Shown piece by piece: positions 29,316-41,295 of a DNA stretch of 64,000 nt. The notes under the pieces are model-generated. The model ran no database searches, was not told the DNA's origin, and saw nothing but the letters and a program-made list of their open reading frames with translations. A program made the position numbers and the translations under genes. Numbering within the stretch: position 1 is the stretch's first letter; each line of letters starts with the position of its first letter. The stretch spans positions 9,613-73,612 of the forward strand of contig NW_021833741.1 in the NCBI RefSeq assembly GCF_006345805.1, written 5' to 3'. This stretch comes from Octopus sinensis. Lineage: Eukaryota.

Positions 29316-29989
29316 ACTCTCTTTCTCTTTCATAGTATCACTCCCTCTTTCCCTCTCTCATCATTACTTCCTTACTTCTCTCTCTCTCTTCACCATTGGA
29401 CTCTCCATCTCTCTTCCCACTCCCTCTATCTTTCTATAACAATCCCGCAATCTCCTTTTCTCTCTGTCTTTCTCCCTCTCTATCCCTCTTCCTTCATCTC
29501 TCTCTCTCTCTCTCTCTCCACCACATTTGCATGTCTCTTGTATACCCCCACCCAATGCATAATATTACAGGGTGATGGTCACCAAGACATTAAGAGACAT
29601 TCCAGTGATATGATGAAGAGGAGGGGGGGACAAAGATGAGAGGGATATTTTTATGGTGGATTAGAGATAGGGGTACAGTGATTGCTTTGGGCGATGGTGG
29701 TGGTGATGGTGGTTGTGACGGGGGTGGTGATGGTGATGAAGGTGGTGATGATGGTGGTGGTGATGGTGATGGTGGTGAGGGGTGGGATGGGGACAGTGGC
29801 GGCGGCGGTGAGGGTGATGATGACATGGTAGTTGACGTGGTTGTGGTGTTGGTGATGATGGTGATGATGATGATGATGATGTCATAGTGAAGATGGCAGT
29901 GATGGTGGTGGGGATGGCAATGATGATGATGTTGATGATAATTGTGATGGTAGTGATGATGACGATGGTTGTATTGAGATTAACTGTAA

Positions 29990-30610
29990 TTCGTTTAACC
30001 TCCCCCCCAGGTCACCCCCTGATCAAGCAGACTAAACATCAAAGACATTCCAACCACGACCGTCACTTATTATTCAGTGTGTCTATCTAGAACCTCAGCA
30101 ACAATTGTGTTCGTCCTTCCTTTTCTTTTAAAGGCGGTAGAGACATGAAGGAGATTTGACTGCTATGTCTGGCTGGCTAATTGACCAGGTAGAGGCTTTC
30201 GCATTGACCAGGGGAATCTGTGGTTATTGTTGTTGTTGTGCTATTGTATAGCCCCAGGTCAGACCTGATTCAGCAGACCCATGATCCAAAGGTGACCATC
30301 CCATATTTTTAGTACAGCACCAATACATCCTTCCCTTATCTAAGACGTTAACGTGTGATTTGGGGGCGATTTTGCTACTATGTCTTGCAGGCTGGTCGAC
30401 TGACTCCTTAGAATCTCTCCCCGTTGCTACCGTTGCTGCTTAACCCTCAGTCAGCTGACACCTAACAAAGACACACACTACTGCATGACAAAGGGCATTC
30501 CAGCCATGACCATCTCATCTCATTTCTATATCTAGAACTACGTTATCCAATTTGTCCTTCAATTTTTGAAGATACGTTCTCGAGGAGATCTGGCTGCTAT
30601 TTCTTCCCAG
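29990..30610 (+). repeat. three degenerate tandem units (about 200 bp) of an old interspersed repeat
   Basis: Recurrent CCCCAGGTCA..CTGAT..AGCAGAC..CAAAG..CATTCCA.CC..GACC..GGAGATTTGGCTGCTAT motifs; related copies near 12560-12720 (+), 22130-22380 (-) and 45700-45860 (-). Confidence 0.6.
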
Positions 30611-30673
30611 TTACTACATCATGCGAAAACTTCTGCGTTTGCCAGACGCACATAAAGCTGTTGCTGCATCTTC

Positions 30674-30721
<48 letters not shown>

Positions 30722-31402
30722 TGCATTTAATTTTTTTTCAGCTTATTCATTCTATGTAAATCCCCTCACTTTATGTCCGTCTTTGTATTGTCGCCTCCCC
30801 CCACTCATACATCACCCTGATGGCAAATAAAAAAACCCTCATCATCATCATCATCATCATCAATGTCATCATTGTTATTATTATTATTATTAATATCAGT
30901 GCACATTCCTTCACAGCTTTATATATATATATATATATTTTTTAATATATATAATTTATTGATCTATATATTATCTCCCGCCCCTCAGCGCTTCCCTCCT
31001 CCCTACCCATCCTCCTCCTCCTTCTCTTCCCCCCTCACCACCACCACCACCACCACCACCATCACCGTCACACCCACCGCCGGCACCGCCGCCACCGCCG
31101 CCACCGCCGCCACCGCCGCCACCGCCGCCACCGCCGCCACCATTTCTATATATTTCCCTCTACTTTTTACCACCAGTTGTGGAGTTTGAGTTCTGGAATG
31201 TCTTCTTTGAAGTGGTTTTATGGGGCTGAAAATAGCTGTTGGGGGGTTTAGGGCGGAGGAGGTGGCGGCAGCGGCGGTGGTGGCAGTGGTGGTGGTGGTT
31301 AGTGTGATTTCATGTCGGATAAAGAAAAGAAAATGGAGAAAATAACACAAAAAACACCCCATAACAACAAAATCTCCGCCGATTAACAACATTAAAGTAC
31401 TT

Positions 31403-31434
<32 letters not shown>

Positions 31435-31811
31435 CATACACATATATACAATTGCTCACATACACGTGCGCGCAGACATCTCAATCTATTTCTGCCATTT
31501 CTGTGACACCACCACCACCACCACCACCACCACTATCACCACCACCACCACCTCCACCACCACTTCGTATCCAAAATCAACATGTCAGTGTAACCCCGTC
31601 ACCTGAGCAATGTCCCCCTCCTCTCCCCGACCCCCGCCCCCAAACCTGCATCCTTTATATTTATTGAAAAGCATATCGACAGACAGACAGACAGGCATAA
31701 CCGCCGGGAAGTTATTTCATAAAGACATTTAGGTTGATGTACAACATCAACATTACGAGTAGGAGGTCGGTAGGAACCAGTGCTACCACGACCATCACCA
31801 TATACATATAC

Positions 31812-32325
31812 ATATATATATATAAAACTGTAGTTGTGTGAGTGTCTGTCTCCTTCGATTTAGATTCCTAACTACTCCCACATTTTGCGGTGCAGTTTAA
31901 CCAAATTCGGGTATCTTATAGTCGTGATTCATATCGAGCCCGTCTGAGTATTAGCGCGCGTCTACGATGAGTCTACGATTTTAAAAATAATTTAACATCA
32001 TTTTTTATTCCATTTTAATGCATAATTTTTCGTGTGTCGATGGCGGCGGAGTTGGCGTCCATGGTCACACCTGCACCTGTTTGCTTCTCCCCCTTCTTCC
32101 CTCCCTCGTGAAGCTGTGGGGAAGGGAGTGTAAGGAAATCAACGTCGTAAAGCGTTGTCAAGGAGACCAGCGTTCTTTTAGAACAACGACTTCATGGCTT
32201 GAAGACACCAAAACAGAAATGGCTAAGAAAGCCCGAATTGGCATCTATAAGGGAAGTAACTCTCTAAAAATGCTTATATAGTTATTTCCCTTACAAACCC
32301 GAGCAACGCCGGGCGATACTGCTAG
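31812..32325 (+). mobile_element. non-autonomous Helitron-like element
   Basis: Begins TATATATAAAACTG and ends with a GC hairpin CCCG-AGCAACGC-CGGG (32298-32313), followed 8 nt later by CTAG|T. Confidence 0.7.
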
Positions 32326-32357
32326 TATATATATATATATATATACATATATATATA

Positions 32358-32763
32358 GGCTTAGGAGTGGCTGTGTGGTAAGTAGCTTGCTTGCCAACCA
32401 CATGGTTCCCAGTTCAGTCCCACTGCGTGGCACCTTGGGCAAGTGTCTTCTACTATAGCCACCGGTCGACCAAATCCTTGTGTGTGGATTTGGTAGACGG
32501 AAACTGAGAGAAGCCCGTCGTTTATACGTGTATATATATATATACATGTATATGTGTGTGTGTGTTTGTAAGTTTGTGTTTGTCCCCCCCAGCATCACTT
32601 GACAACCGATGCTGGTGCGTTTACGTCTCCGTTTGGCAAAAGAGACCGATAGAATAAGTACTAGTCTTACAAAGAATAAGTCCTGGGGTCGATTTGCTCA
32701 ACTAAAGGCGGTGTTCCAGCATGGCCGCAGTCACCTGACTGAAACAAGTAAAAAGAGTAAAAG
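32358..32763 (+). mobile_element. SINE family A copy (tandem-duplicated)
   Basis: Colinear with 56954-57352. Confidence 0.9.
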
Positions 32764-32905
32764 ATATATATATATATATCTGAAGAGCGTAGGCTCGAAA
32801 CGTTAAAGACTTTTTTATTTATATTTCCCTAGCGCCATACTAATTCAATTGTTTGTTTGTTTCCCACCTGCCTTCGTCTTTTGTCTATTTTCATAAGCTT
32901 CCCGT

Positions 32906-32937
<32 letters not shown>

Positions 32938-33159
32938 ATTAAAATTAATATGACCAGCAACATACACACACACACATACGCACATATACAGACATGTGTA
33001 TATTTATACATACATACATATGTATAAACATATATGTGTGTGTGTATATATAAGTATATATATATATATATATATATCTATACATACATATATATGTGTA
33101 TGTGAATATATATGTAGAAATATATATATATATATAATATATATATACATATATATATA

Positions 33160-33563
33160 GGCTTAGGAGTGGCTGTGTGGTAAGTAGCTTGCTTGCCAAC
33201 CACATGGTTCCCAGTTCAGTCCCACTGCGTGGCACCTTGGGCAAGTGTCTTCTACTATAGCCACCGGTCGACCAAATCCTTGTGTGTGGATTTGGTAGAC
33301 GGAAACTGAGAGAAGCCCGTCGTTTATACGTGTATATATATATATACATGTATATGTGTGTGTGTTTGTAAGTTTGTGTTTGTCCCCCCCAGCATCACTT
33401 GACAACCGATGCTGGTGCGTTTACGTCTCCGTTTGGCAAAAGAGACCGATAGAATAAGTACTAGTCTTACAAAGAATAAGTCCTGGGGTCGATTTGCTCA
33501 ACTAAAGGCGGTGTTCCAGCATGGCCGCAGTCACCTGACTGAAACAAGTAAAAAGAGTAAAAG
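33160..33563 (+). mobile_element. SINE family A copy (tandem-duplicated)
   Basis: Essentially identical to 32358-32763. Confidence 0.9.
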
Positions 33564-33708
33564 ATATATATATATATATCTGAAGAGCGTAGGCTCGAAA
33601 CGTTAAAGACTTGTTTTATTTATATTTCCCTAGCGCCATACTAATTCAATTGTTTGTTTGTTTCCCACCTGCCTTCGTCTTTTGTCTATTTTCATAAAGC
33701 TTCCCGTT

Positions 33709-33739
<31 letters not shown>

Positions 33740-33922
33740 CTATTAAAATTAATATGACCAGCAACATACACACACACACATACGCACATATACAGACATG
33801 TGTATATTTATACATACATACATATGTATAAACATATATGTGTGTGTGTATATATAAGTATATATATATATTATATATATATCTATACATACATATATAT
33901 GTGTATGTGAATATATATGTAG

Positions 33923-33968
<46 letters not shown>

Positions 33969-34071
33969 TATATATATGCGTGTGTGTGTGTGTGTGTGTA
34001 CATATCTATATACATATATATATATAAATAGATGTATACTTTATTTAAAGCAGCAGAAAATTCAACAAAAC

Positions 34072-34109
34072 CTGTTACTCTGAGTTTCACGTTGCCATTC
34101 GTCGGACAG
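34072..34109 (-). ncRNA. minimal hammerhead-like motif, variant core CCGACGA (left arm of a fold-back)
   Basis: CTGT CCGACGA ATG GCAA CGT GAA ACTCAGAGT A ACAG. Confidence 0.55.
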
Positions 34110-34125
34110 TTTTTTCTAGCAAAAA

Positions 34126-34163
34126 CTGTCCGACGAACGGCAACGTGAAACTCAGAGTAACAA
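34126..34163 (+). ncRNA. minimal hammerhead-like motif, variant core CCGACGA (right arm of a fold-back)
   Basis: CTGT CCGACGA ACG GCAA CGT GAA ACTCAGAGT A ACAA: stem II closed by a GNRA tetraloop. Confidence 0.55.
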
Positions 34164-34429
34164 GTTTTGTTGAATTTAAATAAAGCATATTACTCTACCA
34201 CTGGTATTTGAGTACTCTTTTTTCCACCTTGTTTCACATTTATGTGTTTACTCCGGTATATAGATGTATATACATATATGTATGTATGTATGTATGTATG
34301 TACGTATGTATGCATGTATATATATATATGTATGTATGTATGTATGTATATATATATATATTTTTTTTCTAGTTTCAGCTCAGAGCTGCGGCCATGCTGA
34401 TGCACCGCCGTGTTGTGCTACACTGTTAT

Positions 34430-35052
34430 TACGAAGAACCTCGTCTAATATGTGGCACTTGGTGAAGAATGGAGTTTGATACAGCTACTCTCATTTGCAC
34501 CTCTTGCCGTGAGGTAGGTTCATCTGGGACTCTCGACAGGAAGATGGCCAGCCTTGATTTAAAAACCGCTACATCTACTTTGTGCAAGTTCCTCAGACTC
34601 TTTGGGAGAATATTAAAAAGCTGTGGGCCCTTGAAATCCAGTCTGTTGCAGAAGCTGGTCCTGAAGCGTGATGGCATTACTGGGATCTTTGGCACTATGC
34701 AGTGTCGTCCCGTTCTAGCATTGGTGTAGCTTACAATGCCAAAATTTGGCACAATTCCTTCCAGGATCTTCCAGACATATATTACTGCATACCTCTCCCG
34801 TCTTCTCTCCAGGGAGTAGAGTCTTAGCTGTTTCAACCTTTCCCAGTAGCTTAGCCGTTGCAAAGAGACGATTTTCTTTGTGAATCTTCTCTGGATTGCT
34901 TCAAGGTCCGCTGTTAATTTTACACTGGTGGGTGACCATAGCTGTGAGCAGTAATCCAGGCGGCTGAGGACGAATATCCGCCAGAGGACCATCATGGTTT
35001 TCTTATCTCTGGTTCTGAATGTTCTTAGGATCCACCCAGCCAGTCGTCTGCA
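34430..35052 (-). mobile_element. CR1-clade LINE fragment, same family as 54060-55036
   Basis: WILRTFRTRDKKTMMVLWR...LDYCSQLWSP...YWERLKQLRLYSLERRRERY aligns colinearly with the 54-kb copy. Confidence 0.92.
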
Positions 35053-36003
35053 TATATATATATATATATATATATATAGATATATATACCTAGTGAAGCC
35101 TTACTATAGCGTCGTAAATTTATCGGTTGCTATATCCAGTAAATATTGGTGCATTGTCGCACCACTATACTATATTTATACTTCTCCCTTTTCGGTGCTT
35201 TATTTGACTGGAAAGTGATGCATTTATTTTGCAAAATTTAATTTTTCATTGAAAACTTTTTCACTGTTCTCGGTTCTGTCAACCGTTAGGCGTTCATGCG
35301 AGTCTACTGGCATTGATGTAGCAACATTTGAAATATTATCCAGGTAAATCAAATTTACGGTAACAAACGTGTTTGAAGAGTCTGAAACCTAGGTACTGGA
35401 TTATCTAATTCTGGGTTGTCCATTTATCTAATGTTCTTCCTGGAGGTAAGACGAACGTTTTTATGTTTGTTGTCCTCACATGTCTTTGCCAGTATATACA
35501 CAGTGAAGCTTTACTATAGAGTCGTAAATTTATCAATTGCTATTTCCAGTAAACATAGGTGCCTTGTTTACCACTACTCTCTCTCCTTCCCTCTCTCTCT
35601 CTCTTACTCTCTCTCTCCCTCTCTCTCTCTTACTCTCCCTCTCCCTCTCTCTCTCTCTTTCTATATATATATATATACATGTATTCATATACATGTATAC
35701 ATACACAATCTACGTGTGTGCTTTTATGCATCAAGTGCCTATATGAGAGGATCTCTTAAGACTAATGGTGTAATATATGGTTTTCTAACAAGACATCCAC
35801 GTTGAGTTGGATATAAAAATTGCATTTTATACTTGTGCATGTGTGTGTACGTATGTATGTATATATATCGTAAATATGAGGGTAATAAATTAGAATAATT
35901 AATTAATAAAAGTCAGGAGACATAACATATTTTTAAAGATAAAAAGTGTATAAAATATTTTTCGGTACATATTTGAAACTATATAATTATTCATTAATTA
36001 GCG

Positions 36004-36073
36004 ATCTCACTGACGATCTACAGATTCCAAATTTGTTTATTTGGCAATTAACAGAGAAACTCGAGTTCGGGAT
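36004..36073 (+). ncRNA. type-I hammerhead-like ribozyme
   Basis: ATCTCA CTGACGA TCT...AGA GAA ACTCGAGT T CGGGAT: canonical core, palindromic stem III, stem I with one mismatch and one G.U. Confidence 0.65.
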
Positions 36074-36236
36074 TAACTAATTAACTTTTTGTTCGTTCTG
36101 GAGTTATAACAGCGTACTTCATGAATTCATTTTCTCTTGGTTTGGGTTTTAACTGCACTTTCTAGCATGTATGGAGTTCTGCCAAAGGTCTCCTCTCTGT
36201 GCATTAAAAATATTTATACACTTATATATTTTAAAT

Positions 36237-36323
<87 letters not shown>

Positions 36324-36390
36324 ATAATATCAATAATATAAATATATGCATATATACATACATATATGTACATACCTACATATATAAAAA

Positions 36391-37163
36391 AGCAACTATA
36401 TGAAAGCATTATTACTGTTAAAAACTGTAATAACGAGGCAGTTTGCAAGACTTCTACCTTAATAGGAATAATATTAAATATTTGAATAAAAGAAGGGTAA
36501 AAATACCGCTTGCCAAAGATGAAAGCGAGAGCTTTAAAAAACCACCAATCCTGCGATAAAATACACAGACGAGCAACGCAGTGAACACTTGAAAAAATAG
36601 GCCTACCTTCAGGATGGAATTTGAAAGTGGTTTACATACCCCAATATCAATTGATTTCATGCTGTGCATGAGAAAATATGCTTTGCAATCTTCAGTTGGA
36701 GATAGTAACATCTATTTCTAAAATATTCATAACGTCAACTCGATTGTGTTTCGAACTTTAAACGTCCCGCTCCGTTCAAAGAGAAAACTATCGTAAACAA
36801 TAAAAATAGCAAATATATGAAAGCATAATTACTGTTAAAAACTGTAATAATGAGGCGGTTAGCAAGACTTCTACCTTAATAGGTATAATATTAAATATTT
36901 GAATAAAAGAAACGCACTCGAGTTGACGTAGTGAATATTTTAGAAAAGATTGCAAAGCATGTTTTCTCATGCACAGCATGAAATCAATTGATATTGGGGG
37001 TATGTAAACTATCCTCAAATTCCATCCTGAAGGTAGGCCTATTTTTTCAAGTGTTCACTGCGTTGCTCGTCTATGTATTTTATCGCAGGATTGGTGGGTT
37101 TTGAAGCTTTCGCTTTCATCTTTGGCAAGCGGTATTTTTATCCTTCTTTTATTCAAATATTTA
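36391..37163. repeat. 417-bp unit + partial direct repeat + inverted partial copy (pLTR-like)
   Basis: 36391-36494 is repeated at 36808-36911, and 36912-37163 is an inverted copy of about 36473-36752 with a 23-bp deletion. Confidence 0.9.
36639..36701 (-). ncRNA. type-I hammerhead ribozyme
   Basis: CTCCAA CTGAAGA T TGC AAA GCAT ATTTTCTC ATGC ACA GCA T GAA ATCAATTGAT A TTGGGG: 6-bp stem I, bipartite stem II, 10-nt palindromic stem III, AUA triplet. Confidence 0.75.
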
Positions 37164-37971
37164 TCTACGTATATATGTATATATACATGCATATATGGGT
37201 ACAGGACATAAAAAAAACGTAGACAAAATGTGAAACGAGAACATAAAGAAAAAAAAAACAAATAGAGGAACGAGACATGCAACATAAAGAACATTCCCTT
37301 CATCAGTTGTCCCCTGTTTTATCTACTCCGCGTTTCGAAGGTAAGAAGAAGACGCGAGTTCATTTAAATAGTCCTTCCCGCAAAGCAAATTAAGTAAAAT
37401 TTGGGATTTTTTGCGGAGAGTGAAAGTGGTAACAAAAACAGGACAGTGAGAACAAAACTGTAAAAACAAACGGTGAGGGCCTGTTAAGCCAAGACGATGA
37501 GAAGTGCTGAAGGCTGGGAAACGAGCTTTGAGAAGAGACAGGCAAATGCACGTCTTGTCTTTAGGAAGGAAGTGGAAGAAAGAAGGATGGATGACCGTTT
37601 GTCACGTGTGAGCAAGGAGAGAGTCAAGGAGGAAGAGTGAGAGAGAGAGGGGAAAGGGTGGAAGAGAAAAACAGAAAGGAAGAAGAACAAGAGAGGGAGA
37701 TAGACAAAACGTCCCTAAAATAAATTAATTCACGTTCTCGAATTATCACAATTCTTATGACGTCAGTAATATATATATGTTGTTAAATTCTCGAAATCCG
37801 AGACTAGAAAAACAGCCAACAACTGATGAAGGGTCGTTCTTTGTGTTGTTTATTTTGTTTTCCATTTGTGTCTTTCGTTGTTCGAAAAAATAGTTCATAT
37901 TCCATTTGCTCGTGCTTCGTATTTTTATTTACATATTTCTTTCTTTACGTCCTGTGCCCACGTATGCTTAT

Positions 37972-38019
<48 letters not shown>

Positions 38020-38023
<4 letters not shown>

Positions 38024-38340
38024 CGGAAGCTTTATGAAAATAGACAAAAGACGAAGGCAGGTTTACGGAAATAACCAAAAGACGAAGGTAGGTGGAATAC
38101 AAACAAATTGTATTAGTATGGCGCTCAGGAAATATAAATAAAACCAGTCTTTAACGTTTCGAGCCTCGCTTTCAACAGAAAGATACACAGAGAAAAACCC
38201 GAAAGAAGGAGAGAAAAAATATGCGTGCAGAGGCTAGCGAATCAACATGGCGATCTGATTTCGGCCAGAGTCAAAGATCAAACGTGAGACGCAAGAGCGA
38301 AATTAGGGGAGATAATAGGGTTGAATGACCTCGCTCCAAC
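38020..38340 (-). mobile_element. PLE terminal-repeat (pLTR)-like segment downstream of the PLE ORF, carrying a hammerhead-like motif
   Basis: Same orientation as the PLE, lies beyond a polypurine tract and ends in (TA)n. Its 3' part recurs at 32780-32910 and 33580-33712 (+), with a related tail at 48910-48975 (-). Confidence 0.6.
38148..38183 (-). ncRNA. minimal type-I hammerhead-like motif, variant core CUGUUGA
   Basis: Minus strand reads TCTTT CTGTTGA AAGCGAGGCTC GAA ACGT T AAAGA: stem I TCTTT/AAAGA and palindromic stem III ACGT. Sister copies give stem II GAGC-GTAG-GCTC. Confidence 0.55.
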
Positions 38341-38793
38341 ATAAGTGTGTGTGTGTGTGTATGAGGAGAGTGTGTGTGTGTGTGTATGAGAGGTCTGGAC
38401 GTGTGTATGTATATATGATGTGATGTGTAAAGTCGTATGGTGTAGTGTAGAGAGAGGAGATGAGGGAAGAGGGGGTAAGGGTGAGGGGGAGAGAAAGAAA
38501 GGGGAGAAGGAAAGGGGAGAAGGAAAGGGGAGAAGGAAAGGGGAGAAGAGGTGGGGGAAAGGGGAGAAGGAAGGAGAGGAGAAGAGGAGGGGAGAGGAGG
38601 AGGGAGGAGAGAGGGAGAAGGGGAGAGAGAGAGAAGGGGAGTGAGGGAGCAGAGAGAAAGAGGAAGGGGAAGAGGGAAGAAGAGGGGAGGGAGAAAGAGG
38701 GAAGAAGGAAGAGGAGTAGGGGTGAAAGGATGAAGGACTGAAGAGAAGTAGGGGTCTCGGGGGGGGAGGTTAGATGATGAGGGGGAGAGGGGG

Positions 38794-41120
38794 TTAGATG
38801 AGGAAGGGGGGAGAGTTGAGACCAAATGGCGTATAAGAGCGAAGAAGAAGATTAATTCCGTTCACGGGCGCAACGGGAATCCGAATGGCCTCTGTGTAAG
38901 GACAAACCGAACACAGACAGGTGTTGCAAGGAGTGACCGGGTAGCGGAAATGCGTGAGACCGTGTGTCGTTCGCAAGGCGGATGTCACGAAGGTGTTCCG
39001 CGAACCGGTCAGCCAAGCGGCGTCCCGTTTGTCCGATGTACAGGAATGAAGAGAGAGCAAGAGACGCAATAGATAATATTGCTGGAGGTGCAGGTGAAGG
39101 TGTTGATGATGGCTATAGGGGTCGATGATGGGTGCCAGTGAGGAGGGTGTGTGTTGGAGAGGTAAGGGCAAGTGCGGCAACGTGGGCGGGAGCAGGGGGA
39201 ACGAGCCAGGTTGGGAGGTAGGGTCAGGGAAGGAGCTATGGACCAAAAGGCTCGAAGGTTATGGCTCGTTTGAAAGAGGGGAGGGGTCGGTTAGGGAAAG
39301 GTGTGAAGTGGACGGGTCGGACTGGAGATGACGGAAAGCTCGAAGAATGGTGCGTTGAAGAGGTAGGGTCGTGGGGTGGTAAGTGAGGGGAAAAGGAAGG
39401 CGGAGACTACAGGGCGGGTTCGGGGAGAGAGCAGATACACGTCCACGGAACGTGCTCTGGCAGGGCGGTGTGGATAGTGGTGAGGGGGTATCCACGTAGG
39501 ATGAAGTGGTGAGCCATACGTTGAGACTGAGTCTCAAAGTCATGGTCGTCACTACAGAGCCTACGTAGACGGAGGAATTGGGAATAGGGGATGGAAAGCT
39601 TGGTGTGTTCTGGTGGGAGGAGAGAAAGTTGAGGTATGAGTGTGAGTCTGTGTGTTTGTAGTGAATGGAGGTGGTAGAGTGGAGTGAAGAATGCTAACCG
39701 AAATGTCGAGGAAGGAGACAGAGGTGTTGGAGATAGTGGAAGTGAAGTGGAGGGCTGGATGGAAAGATTGAACGAAAGAGAGGAAGGAATCTAGATGTTC
39801 ACGGGAGAGTGAGGTGGCACCGATAATGTCGTCAATGTAACAACCATATAGTTCAGGAGTGGGACCAGTGAAATTAGAGAATATTTGGGCCTCAACATAG
39901 CCAACGAACAGGTTCGCATAGTTGGGGCCCATTGGCGTTCCCATGGCCACTCCCGAGATCTGGTGGTAGAACTCGCCCGTGAACGAGAAGCAGTTAAGAG
40001 TAAGGACAAGTTCGGCCAGACGAATGAGTGTGGAGGTGTCAGGTTCAGGGTTGGAGCGGAGGTGAAGAAAGTGTTGAAGTGCCTGCAGTCCTTCGTGGTG
40101 AGGGATAACGGTATAGAGGCTCTGAATGTCCATAGTAAAAAGGATTTTGGAGGAGCCGGGAGGAAAGGAGAAAGAGTTGAAAAGCCGGAGAGCATGGTTG
40201 GTATCGTGGATGTGGGGGGAAGAGACGCCACTAGGGGGGCAAGGACACGGTCGAGGTATTTAGAGATGAGCTCCGTGGGGCATTACAGGCGGAGACGATG
40301 GGGGGCGCCAGGTGTTGGGTTTGTGGATTTTGGGGAGGAAGTAAATGGTGGGGGTACGTGGGGTTCGCACAATTAGGTTTGAATGTGTTGGTGGGGGAGA
40401 CGGGAGGGCGAGATGAGGTCGCGGACAGTAGAGGATACCGTCTGTTAGTAGCTACGTGTGGGGTTAGAGCAGAGGGAGTAGAAGGAGGTGTCATTGAGTT
40501 GGCGGAGAGCCTCGGCCCTGTAGAGGTCCGCGCGCCACACCACTACAGCTCTACCCTTGTCAGCCGGTTTGATGATAATGTCAGCGCGCCGTTGGAGGGA
40601 ACGAAGAGCCGAGAGCTCGGCCGGGGATGTGTTGAGGCGGCGTTGGCGCCTGGAGAAGTTGAACCGCTCCAATGCACGCTGACAAGCGCCCGCGAAAAGA
40701 TTCACTGCTAGGAACTGGCCAGGGGCAGGCGTCCACGGGGATGGTCGGCGGCCCAGATCAGTGAAGCAGTCCTCTTCGTTGGATGTGGGTGGTGAGTCGC
40801 GGAAATGCGCACCCAACCGGACGCGGCGCACAAAGCTGTGGACATCAACTCGCGTCTGGAATTCCTTACAGGATGGAGTGAGGGGGATGAAACGCAGACC
40901 CCTACCAAGGACGGAGCGTTCCGCCGCAGAGAGGGGAAGATCGGGGGGAATGGTAACAACAGACGGAAGTGGAGAAGGGGTGGGTGGAATAGAAGTAGGA
41001 GGGGTGGTAGGGCTCGTGGAGGTCTGAGGGGGAGGGATTGGGGAGGTGTGGGGTGGTGGTTGGGAGGGGCAGTAGGGTTAGGTGTAGGTGGATGGAGCCT
41101 ATCAGGAGGGGAGAAGGGGT
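38794..41120 (-). mobile_element. Penelope-like retroelement (Neptune-type), 5'-truncated RT + GIY-YIG ORF broken by several frameshifts
   Basis: Joined minus-strand frames read PDLPLSAAERSVLGRGLRFIP, IIIKPADKGRAVVVW, DIQSLYTVIPH, GVAMGTPMGPNYANLFVGY, YGCYIDD, SFLDISV, LRRLCSDDHDF, then NIIYCVSCSL..LYIGQTGRRLADRFAEHLRDIR and PFGLNSPPFLI*. A Cys pair between the GIY and YIG motifs fits Neptune-type PLEs. The island is GC-rich. Confidence 0.92.
39561..40133 (-). pseudogene. PLE reverse transcriptase core (YIDD) segment
   Basis: ORF 39561..40133 contains DIQSLYT, GVAMGTPMGP and YIDD. Confidence 0.9.
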
Positions 41121-41126
41121 TATATA

Positions 41127-41157
<31 letters not shown>

Positions 41158-41295
41158 TGTGTGTGCGTGTAATAAGCATATACCTGATATATATATATAT
41201 ATATTATATATATATATATATATTGATAAAACGGTAAGATAACAAAAGAAAGAAAGAGCCCTCAATATTATGTAAATAGAGGAAATTTATCTATC

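Larger units (their letters stand above)
32345..33950. repeat. tandem duplication, period about 800 bp
   Basis: SINE A, hammerhead fragment and tail are repeated (32358 vs 33160; 32780 vs 33580). Confidence 0.95.
34036..34190. repeat. fold-back inverted repeat, about 57-bp core arms, 5-nt loop
   Basis: aaattcaacaaaac...cggacagttttt / aaaaactgtccg...gttttgttgaattt with 2 mismatches; the right arm has a 9-bp deletion further out. Confidence 0.95.
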
